Assembly: GCF_006345805.1 (NCBI RefSeq)
Contig: NC_043004.1
Span: 33,914,001 to 33,978,000 of the forward strand
Reading direction: 5' to 3'
DNA length: 64,000 nucleotides
Origin: Octopus sinensis
Lineage: Eukaryota
Part shown: one piece after another, positions 1 through 13,140 of the stretch
Position numbering within the stretch: the first letter of the stretch is position 1
Layout: every line of letters begins with the position of its first letter
Notes under the pieces: generated by a model
What the model saw: the letters and a program-made list of their open reading frames with translations, nothing else
Databases searched by the model: none
Told to the model about the DNA's origin: nothing
Program-made: the position numbers and the translations under genes

Positions 1-305
1 ATACATACACATATACACATATACTCACATATACACAAATGCATACATACATACACACACATACACACATACTGACACACACAAATGCATATATACTCAC
101 ACATACACACATACTGACACACACAAATGCATACGTACATACATACACATACACACATACTGACATATACACAAATGCATAGGTACATACATACACACAC
201 ATACACACATACTGACATATACACAAATGCATACATACACATGAGTCCATGTGCACATACATGCACTCACAGACGCATGGACACATTAAACGCATACATG
301 TGTGT
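1..305. repeat. Degenerate (AC)/(ATAC) compound microsatellite
   Basis: Visible ACACAT/ATAC iterations; explains the H/T/Y-rich ORF at 127-333. Confidence 0.9.
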
Positions 306-490
306 GTGTATTGGAATATCAAATGTGTTCTAGTGCTATATTTTTTATGAAGATTTTTTTCTTTTTCATATTACAAATGAATTCCTCATAAATTCTTTGG
401 AATGGTAAAGTTTCCTAATCCATTATGTATGCTTCTAAGCCATCACAGTCTCATTGGGAGGAAGTGATTGGTGTTGCCATTAGTTGCAGG

Positions 491-1225
<735 letters not shown>

Positions 1226-1380
1226 TGGTTGTGTGGTTAAGAAGTTTGCTTTTGCTTTCCAACCAAGTGGCTTCCAGTTCAGTCCTCTTGGCCAAGTGTT
1301 TTCTGTTATAGCTTCTGTCTGACCAAAGTCTTGTGAGTAGATTTGATAAACGGAAAGTAAAAAAAACCCTGTTGCTCTGT
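1226..1380 (+). mobile_element. Degenerate 5' half of tRNA-derived SINE family A
   Basis: Matches the gtggctgtgtggtaag...ggcaagtgtcttctactatagc...gtgagtggatttggtagacggaaactgaaagaagcc consensus seen in better copies (e.g. 60757). Confidence 0.7.
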
Positions 1381-1534
1381 TGCATATATTTTTACATGCA
1401 CATATATATATTTATATATATATACATATATGCATACATGCATACATACATACATACATACATACATACATACATACATACATACATACATACATACATA
1501 CAAGCATACATATATTTATATATCTATATATACT

Positions 1535-1870
1535 GATGCCAGTGCCCCCTGACTGGCTTCCACGCCGGTGGCACGTAAAAAGCACCATCTGAATGTGGCT
1601 GATGCCAGTGCCTTCTGACTGACTCCTGTGCCAGTGACACGTAAAAAACACTATCTGAATGTGAGCAATGCCAGGCCTGGTATTGCCAGTGGGACAGAGA
1701 AAACACTCTTGGAGTGATTGGTATTAAGAAGGGCATCAAGCTGTAGAAACCTTGCCAGATCAGATTTGAGCCTAGTGCAGCCTCCTGGCTTGCCAGCCCT
1801 CAATCTAACAATCCAACCCATGCCAGCATGGAAAATGGACATTAAATGATGATGATGATGATGATGATGA
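1535..1870 (+). mobile_element. Family C repeat (RTE-type LINE 3' UTR / SINE tail) ending in (GAT)n
   Basis: ggcacgtaaaaagcacc units, aagggcatc-agctgtagaaac motif, aacccatgccagcatggaaaatggacattaaatgatgatg end; same family at 8510, 48470, 55520, 58090, 63045. Confidence 0.8.
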
Positions 1871-2202
1871 TAAGTGTGTGTGTAAGAACAAGTATGTTCA
1901 TATTTCTGTCTCCTTGTCTTGACATCATGCATGATTGGTGTGAATAAGTGTTTGTTGGCTGGTCATGTTTTCAGAGAAGATTGGAAATGAAAGATTTCAC
2001 CAGCATGCCCGCAACTATCATGTACAACTATCATGTGATGAGATGACAATAACACACATACACGTGCATGCACACACACACACGCATGCACACACACACC
2101 CACGTGGAAAACATGCTTGCTTAAGAAGCTAAGTTAAGGCTTCTAAATTGTTCAACTGAAAGAATGATGTATTTAACAAATATTTTGTATACAAGCAATG
2201 TG

Positions 2203-2408
2203 GCGTGGAAGGTGTTTATAAACCATTTAAGAAACACACAAAAACCGTTAGATTCACTTCAACATTTAAATTTAATTTGTCAAAATATTTTCGTCGCTTT
2301 GAGACCGCAACCTGTTCACTGACAAAGCTCGACAAATTAAATTTAAATGTTGAAGTAAATCTAATGGTTTTTGTGTTTCTTAAATGGCTTATAAACACCT
2401 TCCACGCT
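2203..2408. mobile_element. MITE-like foldback with ~80-bp inverted arms
   Basis: gcgtggaaggtgtttataaaccatttaagaaacac... versus ...gtgtttcttaaatggcttataaacaccttccacgc. Confidence 0.85.
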
Positions 2409-2446
2409 GCAATTGTTTTCATTCCTGCACACAATCTCAGATCAGG

Positions 2447-2535
2447 TCACTTGCTATGCAAGTACATCTCCATAATTTGTATACAAGGTTCTTCATAATA
2501 ATGATGATGCATGCCTGTGTCAGTCAAGAATATAT
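2447..2535 (-). CDS. Candidate terminal exon (DIFLTDTGMHHHYYEEPCIQIMEMYLHSK*)
   Basis: Polypyrimidine tract tctctttctttttttccttccatttt then aag acceptor; in frame with exon 2620-2682 across an 84-nt GT-AG intron; TGA at 2449-2447. Confidence 0.4.
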
Positions 2536-2619
2536 CTTAATGTGTACAAAATGGAAGGAAAAAAAGAAAGAGACAGTTATGACTGAATCTACAGGGAGCA
2601 GAAAAGCCTCCTAATTCAC

Positions 2620-2682
2620 CATTCTTTATAAAAGTTTTAGCTGCAAATGCAGGATGTAAACCAGTCCAAGAAATAATGGTAA
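2620..2682 (-). CDS. Candidate internal exon (VTIISWTGLHPAFAAKTFIKN)
   Basis: Acceptor tttttatttttcag, donor gtgaat, 63 nt, open in phase 1-1. Confidence 0.45.
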
Positions 2683-2739
2683 CTGAAAAATAAAAAAACA
2701 ATGGAGCATCATGCACATGAAAATACCATTACCTTTCAC

Positions 2740-2800
2740 CTAAGTTTATTAGTGCCACACCAATTGCAGTGTAAAATATGGAAAGCATTCCTGTAGCAAC
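2740..2800 (-). CDS. Candidate exon (VATGMLSIFYTAIGVALINL, hydrophobic); reading frame ambiguous
   Basis: Acceptor cttacag; donor gtgaaa at 2739 (alternative gtaatg at 2732). A second open frame reads CYRNAFHILHCNWCGTNKL. Confidence 0.35.
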
Positions 2801-3599
2801 CTGTAAGTCTCAGGACATTACATTGACATTTATTACAAGATATACACTCAATATTCAATATTTCACGAGGAATCAGATCTGAATTTCTGCAGCATGGAAC
2901 ACTGCATTATACTCGTCAGTATTGGGTTACTCTGTGGTCTGATAGCCAAGTCCATTAGAGGAGCTTTCTATGATAGCCATATGATCCTATGAATCCATGT
3001 ATTACACTACAAATCTACTCAACAGTATACGTATATTTGACAATGTAATGTTTATGGATTGAACAGATAATAAAATGTGACCCATAGGGAAATAGTATTG
3101 GGCTAATGTTGGCTAGATCCAGCCAAAAGACCCAAGTATTTTATTAAAGAGGAAATGAAAAATTGTGAAGTTATTATTTTTTAAAGAGCATTAGCTATGT
3201 AAATGATATAGATGGTTTCAATTAAGAATGAAAATTATTTCTCAGACACAATTTGGCAAGAACTTATCTCTTTGCCTAAACTACTTAAAATAATGTAGAA
3301 ATATTTTAATAACTCTCACTTATAATATGAATATATGATATTGGATAATATTGAATAGATATAAATTAATGCATTGAACAGTTATGGGAATAATTTAATT
3401 TGTTTAAAGCAATAACATATTTTATCTACTAAATATAAGACACATACAGTAGTTTATGAGTCTAATCATGACTACACATAGACTTGCAATTTAAAGCACA
3501 TCAAATTACTGATTTCATAAGTTATTTGTCTAAACCAAAATAATAAAGATAAAACACCTGAACCAAGCATTGGGTCTCTGTTCTTCCCCCAGGTCCCTC

Positions 3600-4150
3600 T
3601 TAACCTAATCCAGAACTATACCATTATTACACCAATGGTGATAGTGGTGTCACTTCTCTCATTCAAGAACAGTGTAACACCTTCAACCTTTCCCTAGAAT
3701 TAACAGGCAACGCTCTCACCACATCTCTTAACTTTCTGGACATCTTCATTTGCAATGCTTATCTCTGTATTACCATTTCTTCCTCTGACACCCACTTCCA
3801 TCTCACTTTCACCTCATCACATTCCATTAATACCTACTTTCAATTCTGTAGGCAACGACTATAATTTCAGGAACCTGTCTCAAAACCTACCACATCAAAC
3901 CATTCAGTTGGCAACACTCCCCTTCATGCCGATTCTACCTCCAGCCTAATGCTTCATGTCTATTCCCACCGACTACAACCTTCCTTTTCCCCTCACCCAA
4001 CATGCACATCTCTCCAAAGTTCCATCCTACAGTGTTCCTGCCTCTACCAATCTGACTTGGATATACCTCATTTCTTCCATCATCATTAACAGCTGAACAG
4101 CTACAAATAAATATGAGATGACTGTTGTTATCATTAGGCCAAACTCATCG
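3600..4150 (+). pseudogene. Highly decayed Penelope-like RT/thumb fragment
   Basis: Translates to FNLSLELTGNALTTSLNFLDIFI...DTHFHLTFTSSHS, resembling the PLE motif LNFLD...TDTHSYLHFSSSHP; many stops. Confidence 0.5.
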
Positions 4151-4440
4151 TAAAGTAAATTACCAACATGACCGATATCCAAACTACAGTGGAGAAGGCT
4201 AGCCAATGGATTTGATTAAAAAGAGACGATGAGCGATGGCTAGAAGAATATTGAGCTTTACTTGATAACCAGTTGATCTAGCAAGCGGAGCCTCATATCA
4301 ATTAGGGGGTGCTGGTGCACATTGATGCCGTCGAGAGGTAGGCCCTGAAATGACACGCATTCTCTCCTGGTGACCCCATACAATTACTGGCTTCCCAGCA
4401 TGTGGAATTATCGACTGGTAGCACTTGCATGTGTAAGTTG
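4140..4440 (+). pseudogene. RTE-like LINE 3' relic
   Basis: MTDIQTTVEKASQWI*LKRDDERWLEEY resembles the RTE C-terminal W..KR.RGRP..RW.DD motif. Confidence 0.35.
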
Positions 4441-4818
4441 TTTGCAGAACATTTTCTGCAACATCTAGAAGTATTCAAACACCATTTCCAAATGAGGAAT
4501 TATTCCTCCTTCTCTGCAACATTTACAATAAGAAAAAAAGAACAACAAAAAGGAAAGGAGACTTTATATTCTATTCTGTAACAAAGTATCTTTTATAATA
4601 TAAAATGGAATTTAGAAAACGATGTTCACTTTCTATTAAGATGATCCTATTGTTCATTTCAAATCAGGTAACACCAACGAACATTAAGCTGGACAAAAAC
4701 CGCTTCTGTGAACAGGAACTTCATAAACGTCTCAGTCTAAACAAACATGTAATGGTGTATTTTGTTACTAACAAGAGCAATTTCTCTGAGCTGTCTAAAT
4801 GCCAACTTATTATCTTTT

Positions 4819-5185
<367 letters not shown>

Positions 5186-5289
5186 ATATCATCTTTTGTT
5201 CAAACATCTTGCATGTGATTATATAAAATCACCTTCTTTCATTATTTTGACTCTTTGCACTGTCTCCATGACTACCAGTACAGTATTTT

Positions 5290-5515
5290 GGACTAGAGAT
5301 TTACCAGTCTCTTGAAACAAAAACCTTCAGCCATGTCTGGTATGAGAATCTCCTTGTTACGTTACCTGTATATTTGTGGCATCTGTCTCTCAATTCTGCA
5401 ATCAGAAATTTCATGTCAGATACGTTCCTAGCTCTATAAACTGACGGCAGGGCATCAGTCCAAATTCTTTCAACTCTACTGTGCTCCAGATTTAGTGATG
5501 ACACCGATACCCTCT
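5290..5515 (+). pseudogene. CR1/Jockey-type LINE RT relic
   Basis: TKTFSHVWYENLLVTLP...IRNFMSDTFLAL*TDG...FSDDT matches AFDRVWHEGLL.KL...ISSFLSDR...VDG...FADDT. Confidence 0.6.
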
Positions 5516-5529
5516 CTCTATTGCATATT

Positions 5530-5850
5530 AATTAACTCCATGCTATTAATTTCGAAATGACTTTCGGAAACATTTTTTCATGCCAAGGGTTGCTAAAGCA
5601 TGGAACAAACTGCCGGCATCAGTTATTAGTTGTCGGAGCACTGCATCCTTCAAAACTTCCATGCTTCCTGAGATTCGCCAACACTACACCTGATTTTCTC
5701 CCCTCCATGCACACGCAAGCATGTATCTGACTCATACACTGTTCACTTTCCAGACATTTGTACATTAATGCATATGCTTTATACACACTTTTGACAAGTT
5801 GTGGTGCACCTGAGCACTGTGTACAATAATTTCATTATTATTTTTCATTA
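5530..5850 (+). mobile_element. CR1-type LINE 3' end and UTR with (TTA) tail
   Basis: FRKHFFMPRVAKAWNKLPASVISCRSTASFK matches the CR1/L2 terminal RKHFFS.RV...WN.LP motif. Confidence 0.75.
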
Positions 5851-5899
5851 TTATTATTTTTTAATTCTAATGGCACTCACTTCTATGAAAATAATGCTA

Positions 5900-7000
5900 C
5901 TTTTCATTCCTTAATCTTCCATGTATGGTATCTCCAAAACTCTTTTAACACATGGGAGAATAGCAGATAAGCTTCCATAAACTAACCTTACTCACATCCT
6001 CTAACAGAAAATGGTGTCTACCTTAAATAGCACCCATATACTACAACTCTTTCAATTTTAATGAAAAGGTGTCACTTGTGTACCAAACAATTTTTCTCTA
6101 AGCTTGAACAGTACCCAATAAAAACTTGAAAAAGCTACTATAGATGTATTCCTTGATGCTTTATAATGGTTTCTCATGGTGTGCTTGTAGTTATGACATT
6201 GGCAATTCACCATCCTAAAAAAGAGGTGTTGTCATAAAAGCCACAAAATACTTCGGCCTTGATTACCGCTGCTTCTTCCAAATTCCATTTCAATATTTCC
6301 AACCGTCTCCCTTTTGAGTTCCTTACTTCGAGATCCCACTATAGAAATACACGTAACCATTCCCCACCAAAACTATGACCATTCCGGTATTCCTTTTCCA
6401 CAAGGCGGCGAGCAGGAAGAAACGTTAGCACACCGGGCGAAATGTGTAGCTGTATTTCGTCTGCCGGTACGTTCTGAGTTCAAATTCCACTGAGGTCGAC
6501 TTTGCCTTTCATCTTTTCGGGGTCAATAAATTAAGCACCAGTTACACACTGGGGTCGGAGTAATCGACTTAATCCGTTTGTCTGTCCTTGTTTGTCCACT
6601 CTATGTTTAGCCCCTTGTGGGTAATAAAGAAACATATTTGGCTTTTAAAGAAGGCGGCGAGCTGGCAGAATCGTTCACATGCCAGGTGAAATGCTTAGCG
6701 GTATTTCATCTGCCGTTATGTTCTGAGTTCAAATTCTGCCAAGGTTGACTTTGCCTTTCATCCTTTCGGGGTCGATAAATTAAGTATCAGTTATGCACTG
6801 GAGTCGATGTAATCGACTTAATACCTATGTCTGTCCTTGTTTGTCCTCTCTGTGTTTAGCCCCTTGTGGGTAATAAAGAAATAGGTATTCCTTCTCCACA
6901 TATAGCTTTCCTGCAGATCAGATGTCAACGTACAGAAGTTCAACCACATCGGTTCCACTAGCCCATATGGCCCAGCAAACACCTAGAGCATTTCTTTTAC
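5900..7000 (+). pseudogene. Penelope-like RT relic interrupted by a SINE dimer
   Basis: YRCIP*CFIMVSHG resembles YRYIDD.F.IWSHG; YKKPQNTS resembles YRKPTNT; frameshifted. Confidence 0.4.
6403..6883 (+). mobile_element. Two head-to-tail SINE family B copies (6403-6632, 6651-6883)
   Basis: aaggcggcgagctggcagaa...gttctgagttcaaattcc...tttgcctttcatcctttcggggtcgataaattaagtaccag...ccccttgtgggtaataaagaa occurs twice; flanked by ggtattcctt(t/c)tccaca. Confidence 0.9.
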
Positions 7001-7635
7001 TTCTAACTAATAAAAAGAACATTCAGTTGACAGCCCAAACACCGAAATTGCTAAACTGAGTCAAATTAAATGAATGACAGATGAAATATTTTTTTCCTTT
7101 TCATTCTAGATGACCTTTTCTTTTTATTTTTCTTATATTTAAGACCGAAATAGACATAATTTTTTTATGTTGATTTACATTAAGATAAACATTTCCTGTT
7201 TATAATAGAAATTCTCCCTGAGGAGTTATAAAAGAGAAAATATTTGGTGTATTCTATTCAGATCTACATTTATTTGATTTATTTTATATTTCGTTGCTTT
7301 ATGAAACTATGTCTATAGCTTTTTTATGAAGTAATAAAGATGGCTATATGGTAAAATAGATGGAATTGCTAAGCATATAATGGCCTATGATGGAATTCAT
7401 TATTATTATTACCACCATCATTATTATTTGTATATTGTCTGCTTAATTTGCACTGATAATAAGCTCATTAGTGTTTTATACATTGATCAACTAGTTTTGG
7501 CATAAAGATTATTTTATTAATCAGGAAAATTGTTTTTCTATGGTTTTTAATGATATTGTGTAAACCCATGAAGGCTTTGAGACATCACTGTAGAATTCAT
7601 CTTCATGTTGTGTTATAAAAGAGGGCTATTATTGT

Positions 7636-7856
7636 TGTAGAAAAGATTGTTTGCCAACGTAACATGGCAGTCCTGGTTTAGGATGAATATTGCTGTGATT
7701 TAGAGAGAGGAGGTGCTAGATTCCCTTGTTCGAAAATATAAGGACACAGATCATGTCTTATAGCAGCTGGAGACGATGTCTCCTGAGGCTAAATTACAGC
7801 AACATTCATCCTAAACCAGGTATGTCATGTTATGTTGGCAAACAATCTTTACTACA
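7636..7856. mobile_element. MITE-like foldback with ~65-bp inverted arms
   Basis: tgtagaaaagattgtttgccaacgtaacatggcagtcctggtttaggatgaat versus attcatcctaaaccaggtatgtcatgttatgttggcaaacaatctttactaca. Confidence 0.85.
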
Positions 7857-8309
7857 AAGTACTGTTGCTGAATATCTCTCATTGTGAAATTCACAAATAG
7901 TAATTTTCTAGGCTATTATTGTTGTTTAGCTCCAAGTTAGCCCAGTATGAGTGAACCTTTGATGAAGTGCATTCTAGCCATGACCATCTTCATCTATTTT
8001 TTGTATTGTCAATATGCAGTTACATATTTAAGGCAGGGTCTGATTTGGGAAAGATTTGGGTGATAGGTTTTTGATTTTCTAGCAACCACTTAGAAGTTCC
8101 TTCATTACTCAAGAAAGGGTTCACTTTAGAGATGTCTCCTTGTATTTTTTTCAGGTGAAAATACTTACACTTTAGACTTCAAACTAACAAAACAATAAAA
8201 CAGCCATCAATTATAAACTATACGATAGAAACTCCATCCAGTACTTGTAACCGAGATCAAGAAGAGAGGTACCAGTGTACCCACAGAAACTCCAAAATTA
8301 ATTTGTAAA

Positions 8310-8790
8310 CTTATAAGCACGACCTTCGAACATTAGGTCTCACAAAGGCAATGACTAGTGACCAAGACCTTTGGAAATATGCTGTATCTGAGAAGACCCA
8401 GCAGGACAAGTGCGACCATAACTCGTGGCTTTTACCTGGGATGTAGCCAGTCCACTTATGCATACCTTTCCTTCTTGGGACACAAAACTCTGCTTGTGAA
8501 GACCTCGACTGGCTTCCATGCTGGTGACACGTAAAAAGCACCAACAGATCACGGCTGTTGCCAGCCTCGCCTGGCACCTGTGCTGGTGGCACATAAAAAG
8601 CACCCACTACACTCACGGTGTGGTTGGCGTTAGGAAGTGCATCCAGCTGTAGAAACACTGCCAGATCAGACTGGGCCTGGTGCAGCCACCTGGCTTCCCA
8701 GACCCCGGTCAAACTGTCAAACCGTCCAACCCATGCTAGCATGGAAAACGGACGTTACATGATGATGATGATGATGATGATGATAATGCT
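8310..8790 (+). mobile_element. RTE LINE 3' end plus family C UTR and (GAT)n tail
   Basis: KHDLRTLGLTKAMTSDQDLWKYAV coding remnant followed directly by the family C sequence, linking family C to an RTE partner. Confidence 0.75.
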
Positions 8791-9042
8791 GGAAGTCCTT
8801 AGAGAGCCATGGAACACATAATTTCTTCTGATATTGTACTTTTTCTAAAATATGATTTTTGACTTGGGGTAAAGAATACATAGGTGCAATTTCAGGATGG
8901 AACAACCTTGAAAACTATATTCTTTGTTATACACTTGAGAGCTCTTCTAAATATGGAGATGTTATCGTTTTTATATTTGCATGGAGCAATTAGCAATCTT
9001 AAATTTGGGACAAGCCTGAAGACATAATCAGTGTGTAGTATT

Positions 9043-9435
9043 TACTCTTTTACTTGTTTCAGTCATTTGACTGTGACCATGCTGGAACACTGCCTTTAGT
9101 CGAGCAAATCGACCCCAGGACTTATTCTATCTGCCTCTTTTAGTGAACTACTAAGTTACAGGGACATAAACTAACCAGCATCGGTTGTCAAGTGATGTTA
9201 GGGGGACAAACACAGACACACAAACATATACACATACTTACACTCACACATATATATATATATACATATATACGACGGGCTTCTTTCAGTTTCCAACTAC
9301 CAAATCCACCTCACAAGGCTTTGGTCTGCCCGAGGCTGTAGTAGAAGACATTTGCCCAAAGTGCCACACAGTGGGACTGAACCCGGAATCATGTGGTTCA
9401 TAAGCAAACTACCTACCACACAGTCACTCCTACGC
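9043..9435 (-). mobile_element. Near full-length SINE family A
   Basis: tactcttttacttgtttcagtcatttgactg...caaatccac-tcacaaggctttgg...gggactgaacccggaatcatgtgg...accacacagtcact. Confidence 0.9.
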
Positions 9436-9606
9436 TTATTATTCTACTATGGTCCAACTACATAGGTGACTCTTTATCATTTCTTAATATAATATATAAC
9501 AAAGCATGCATATTCTTGGGCTTAAACCTACAGTTCTGAAGGACAAAGTGTAGTAGTTCTCCAACATAACTATGGATTATAAAAAAATTTATCACTTATG
9601 TATATA

Positions 9607-10017
9607 CTCTTTTACTCTTTTACTTGTTTCAGTCATTTGACTGCGGCCATGCTGGAGCAGTGCCTTTAGTCGAGTAAATCGACCCCGGGACTTATTCTTT
9701 GTAAGCCCAGTACTTATTCTATCAGTCTCTTTTGCTGAACCGCTAAGTGACAGGACGTAAACACACCAGCATCGGTTGTCAAGCAATGCTAGAGGGACAA
9801 ACACAGACACACAAACATATACCCACGCATACATATATATATATATACATATATACGACAGGCTACTTTCAGTTTCCATCTACCAAATCCACTCACAAGG
9901 CTTTGGTCGGCCCGAGGCTATAGCAGAAGACACTTGCCCAGAATGCCACACAGTGGGACTGAACCCGGAACCATGTGGTTGGTTAGCAAGCTACTTACCA
10001 CACAGCCACTCCTGCGC
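9607..10017 (-). mobile_element. Full-length SINE family A
   Basis: Same consensus as above, with (AAGAGTA)n tail and tRNA-like head. Confidence 0.9.
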
Positions 10018-10158
10018 CTGTATATATATATATCATACTTAACGTGAAATATTTATCAGTCAACTGTCCTATAAGTAATGAAAATAATGTAAATGTTATA
10101 TCTATTATAGATTATGTTCCCAATTTCATTCCATAGTTTATCAGCCAATTGTCTTATG

Positions 10159-10203
<45 letters not shown>

Positions 10204-10357
10204 GTAGGATAGATAATGAATTCGATTTTCTTCAATAGTTATGGGCCAAAATACATACATAAACTGTAGCAGAATAATAATTTTATAGATTTGATAGGGA
10301 GTCAATAGAAAACATGAAATACACTTTGCTTTCATAGTCTGTTATATAGGTGTGTGT

Positions 10358-10452
<95 letters not shown>

Positions 10453-10554
10453 GCGGTTGGGCTAAATTTGACAGTCTACATAAAAGAAAAGAAAAGAAAA
10501 TATTCAATCCAAACATAAAAAATCGAAAAATATCAACTAGATTATGGCTTGGAA

Positions 10555-11135
10555 ATAACAGTTTACTCAAAATGGTTTCCCTCAGTATCCATCACAGCCT
10601 CAAGATGGCTCTGAAACCTGGCACGTGCATTCCTCACTGGGTCCCTGGGAAGATCTTCCAAAACTTCCTTGATCTTCACCACTAGATCAGCTTTGGTGTT
10701 GCAGGCAGAGCAGTTGGTGTCTTTCTGAACCGTGACACACACATAGTAATCCATGGGTTTGCAATTGGGGGAATTAAGGGACCAGAAATTGGGGCTGAAG
10801 TTGTAGAAATTCTCCAACAAGCACTTCTTACTTTTCCCCAGGGGTATAACAAAGATCTGAATCCTGCTGGCTGCTGCACATATGGCCTTCCAGCAGCAAC
10901 CCTCTCCAACCAGGGTTTCATCACAGTCTCCAGCAACTTCACATATCTGCCTGAACTGAGCCTAAGTCCCTGTTCAAAGATCTGAGGTTGTTTGGCATCA
11001 TGCTTACTGGAGACAAACCCAAAGACCATGACAGTTTTGTGGGGGGTGAATTTGGTTTTCATGGTGCCCACCTCACATCTTACAACCTTTACAGAGTTTA
11101 CAGAGCATTGAGCTGCAGATGTTGTCGGCATTTTG
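10555..11135 (-). pseudogene. Tc1/mariner (DD37D/maT-like) transposase C-terminal relic
   Basis: VMVFGFVSS...YVKLLETVMKPWLERVAAGRPYVQQ and NFWSLNSPNCKPMDYYV (WPPNSPD.NP.DY motif), frameshifted. Confidence 0.85.
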
Positions 11136-11194
11136 ATATTTGTTGCAAATCATCATGACACAGGTAACACTTTTCTAATATTCAGATGGCTTAA

Positions 11195-11590
11195 GGTGGC
11201 AAGCTAGCAGAAACGTTAGCACAGCGGGTGAAATGCGTAGCTGTATTTCGTCTGCCGTTACGTTCTGAGTTCAAATTCCGCCCAGGTCAACTTTGCATTT
11301 CATCCTTTCAGGGTCGATTAAATAAGTACCAGTTACGCACTGGGGTCGATATAATTGACTTACCCCGTTTGTCTGTCCTTGTTTGTCCTCTGTGTTTAGC
11401 CCCTTGTGGGTAGTAAAGAAATATGTATTTCATGTGCCGTTATGTTCTGAGTTCAAATTCTATGAAAGTCAACTTTGCCTTTCATCCTTCCAAGGTTGAT
11501 AAAATTAGTACCAGTTAAGTGCTAGAGGCCAATGCGGTCAACTTACTCGCTTCCCCAAAGTTGCTGGGCTTGTGCCAAAACTCGAAACCA
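11195..11590 (+). mobile_element. SINE family B plus partial internal duplication
   Basis: Family B consensus at 11195-11420, restarting at the gtatttc...gttctgagttcaaattc block at 11425. Confidence 0.85.
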
Positions 11591-12869
11591 ATATTCAGAT
11601 GGCTTCCACTTCATCATTTCACCTAATTTTTTCTCAACTGCAACTTTAATCTTTATGCTCTCCAACACCATTGACTGTTCACCAATGCATCAAGCTGTTC
11701 CTCAAAACAGGAGACATAAAAAAAGTCATCAAATTTAGCCTGAACATTCCATGTGTGTGTATGTGTGTGGTAAATCACAAAATACCCAACAGTATGTAGG
11801 TTCTTCCTTCTAAGAAGTTCAAATCCACCCAGGGTCTGACATCAGTGCTCTCTACTATGTTCAATTCATTTATTAATGTCGTCCTCTGTAAAACTGTGGC
11901 CTTATGTTAATGTTTGAATAATTAGTAAAATTACTGGACTGAAGTGCATAATTCTTAGTGGTATTATGTACCTTATGTTATGAGTTCAAATCCTATCAAA
12001 ATTGACTTTGTTTTCCTTCCTTCATGGGATTAATAAACTAGTCAAGTACTGCAGGTCAGTCTAATTGACTATTTTTTCTCTAAAATGTAAAACCTTGTGC
12101 ATATTTTAGAGATCAATATTTAATGAATATTAATATATTCCTGATTAAACAGATTTCCTACTTTCATTTCTGTATATCTGATCATTTAACTAAACATCTA
12201 AGTAAGTTACCATTCAGAAGAGAGTCTTTTTTTTTTTTTTTCAGCTCAAATACATAAAACAGATTGAAAATTAGTGTAAGTTAGTGAAGCATGAAAGAGA
12301 GAGAGGGAGAGAAAGAGAGAGAGAGGGGGAGATGAATTATGTATGAAGGTTGTATATTAGGCTGAAGAGTGAATGGAAGATGTGGGGAGAGCGACTGGAC
12401 ACAGAGGATGATAGTAAAGAATGAAAGGTTACAAGAGAAAATAACAAAGGAATAAATAAGATGAGCTAATGGAGCTTAACTTACAAGAATCTATCGAATC
12501 TGTTTGAGTATGTTACAATATTATTTAATCTATTGTTAATTTGTCTAGACTTTCCATCTCTCTTTTTCCCCTAACTCGGTTAAATTTTATGAGAATCGTA
12601 GTACCAACACAGACCTATAACATGGAGATGGTTAGGAAAACGATTTAGGTAATTGAATTTTAAATTGGAAAAATGTTTGCCTGTCCATTATAAAGTATAT
12701 GATACATTATATTGTTATACTTCAATCTAATGGTTAATATTAATCCAATATAATATATGCATATATATAAATTGTTATATGCCTTGATTCCAAGTCATAA
12801 CAATCAGTTTATTTCTGACAAAATTCTTCAGACCAGTTTTCCTTACAGTTCTAAACTTTCCGCAAAATT

Positions 12870-13140
12870 TGATTTCAACTGCTTAACCTGCGGATCTCAG
12901 TACAGATCTTTTCCATTTGAAGCACAGATTTTTCAAATTAATTTTTTTTAACTAAACACTTTGAAACTTTGGATACTGGTTGAATGTGTCATGTAGACAC
13001 ATTGTTTATTTATAACGTTTCTGACAAAATTTTGTGTTTTAGAAGTTATTTCATGTTAAAGTTGTATTACGGTAATTTTAACCAACCAGTGACGTGTATT
13101 TAGCTGAAGAAAGTTATTTCTGCTGTTTGCAAACAACACT
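12870..13140 (+). repeat. Dispersed repeat fragment, probably DNA-transposon derived; inverted homologue at 14955-15060
   Basis: agaagttatttcatgttaaagttgt...ctgaagaaagttatttctgctgtttgcaaacaaca matches the reverse complement of 14960-15060 at roughly 80% by eye. Confidence 0.6.

Noticed and set aside
2850-2925. Hammerhead-like CTGACGAG...GAAA on the minus strand
   Set aside because: There is no UH cleavage triplet in register with a stem I, and stem II does not close.
5301-5504. Protein-like minus-strand ORF (MSSLNLEHSRVERIW...)
   Set aside because: It is the antisense of a decayed LINE RT whose motifs are recognisable on the plus strand.
12245-12275. Plus-strand segment with a strong acceptor (T-run+cag) and gtaagt donor
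   Set aside because: There are stop codons in all three frames and no partner exons were found.
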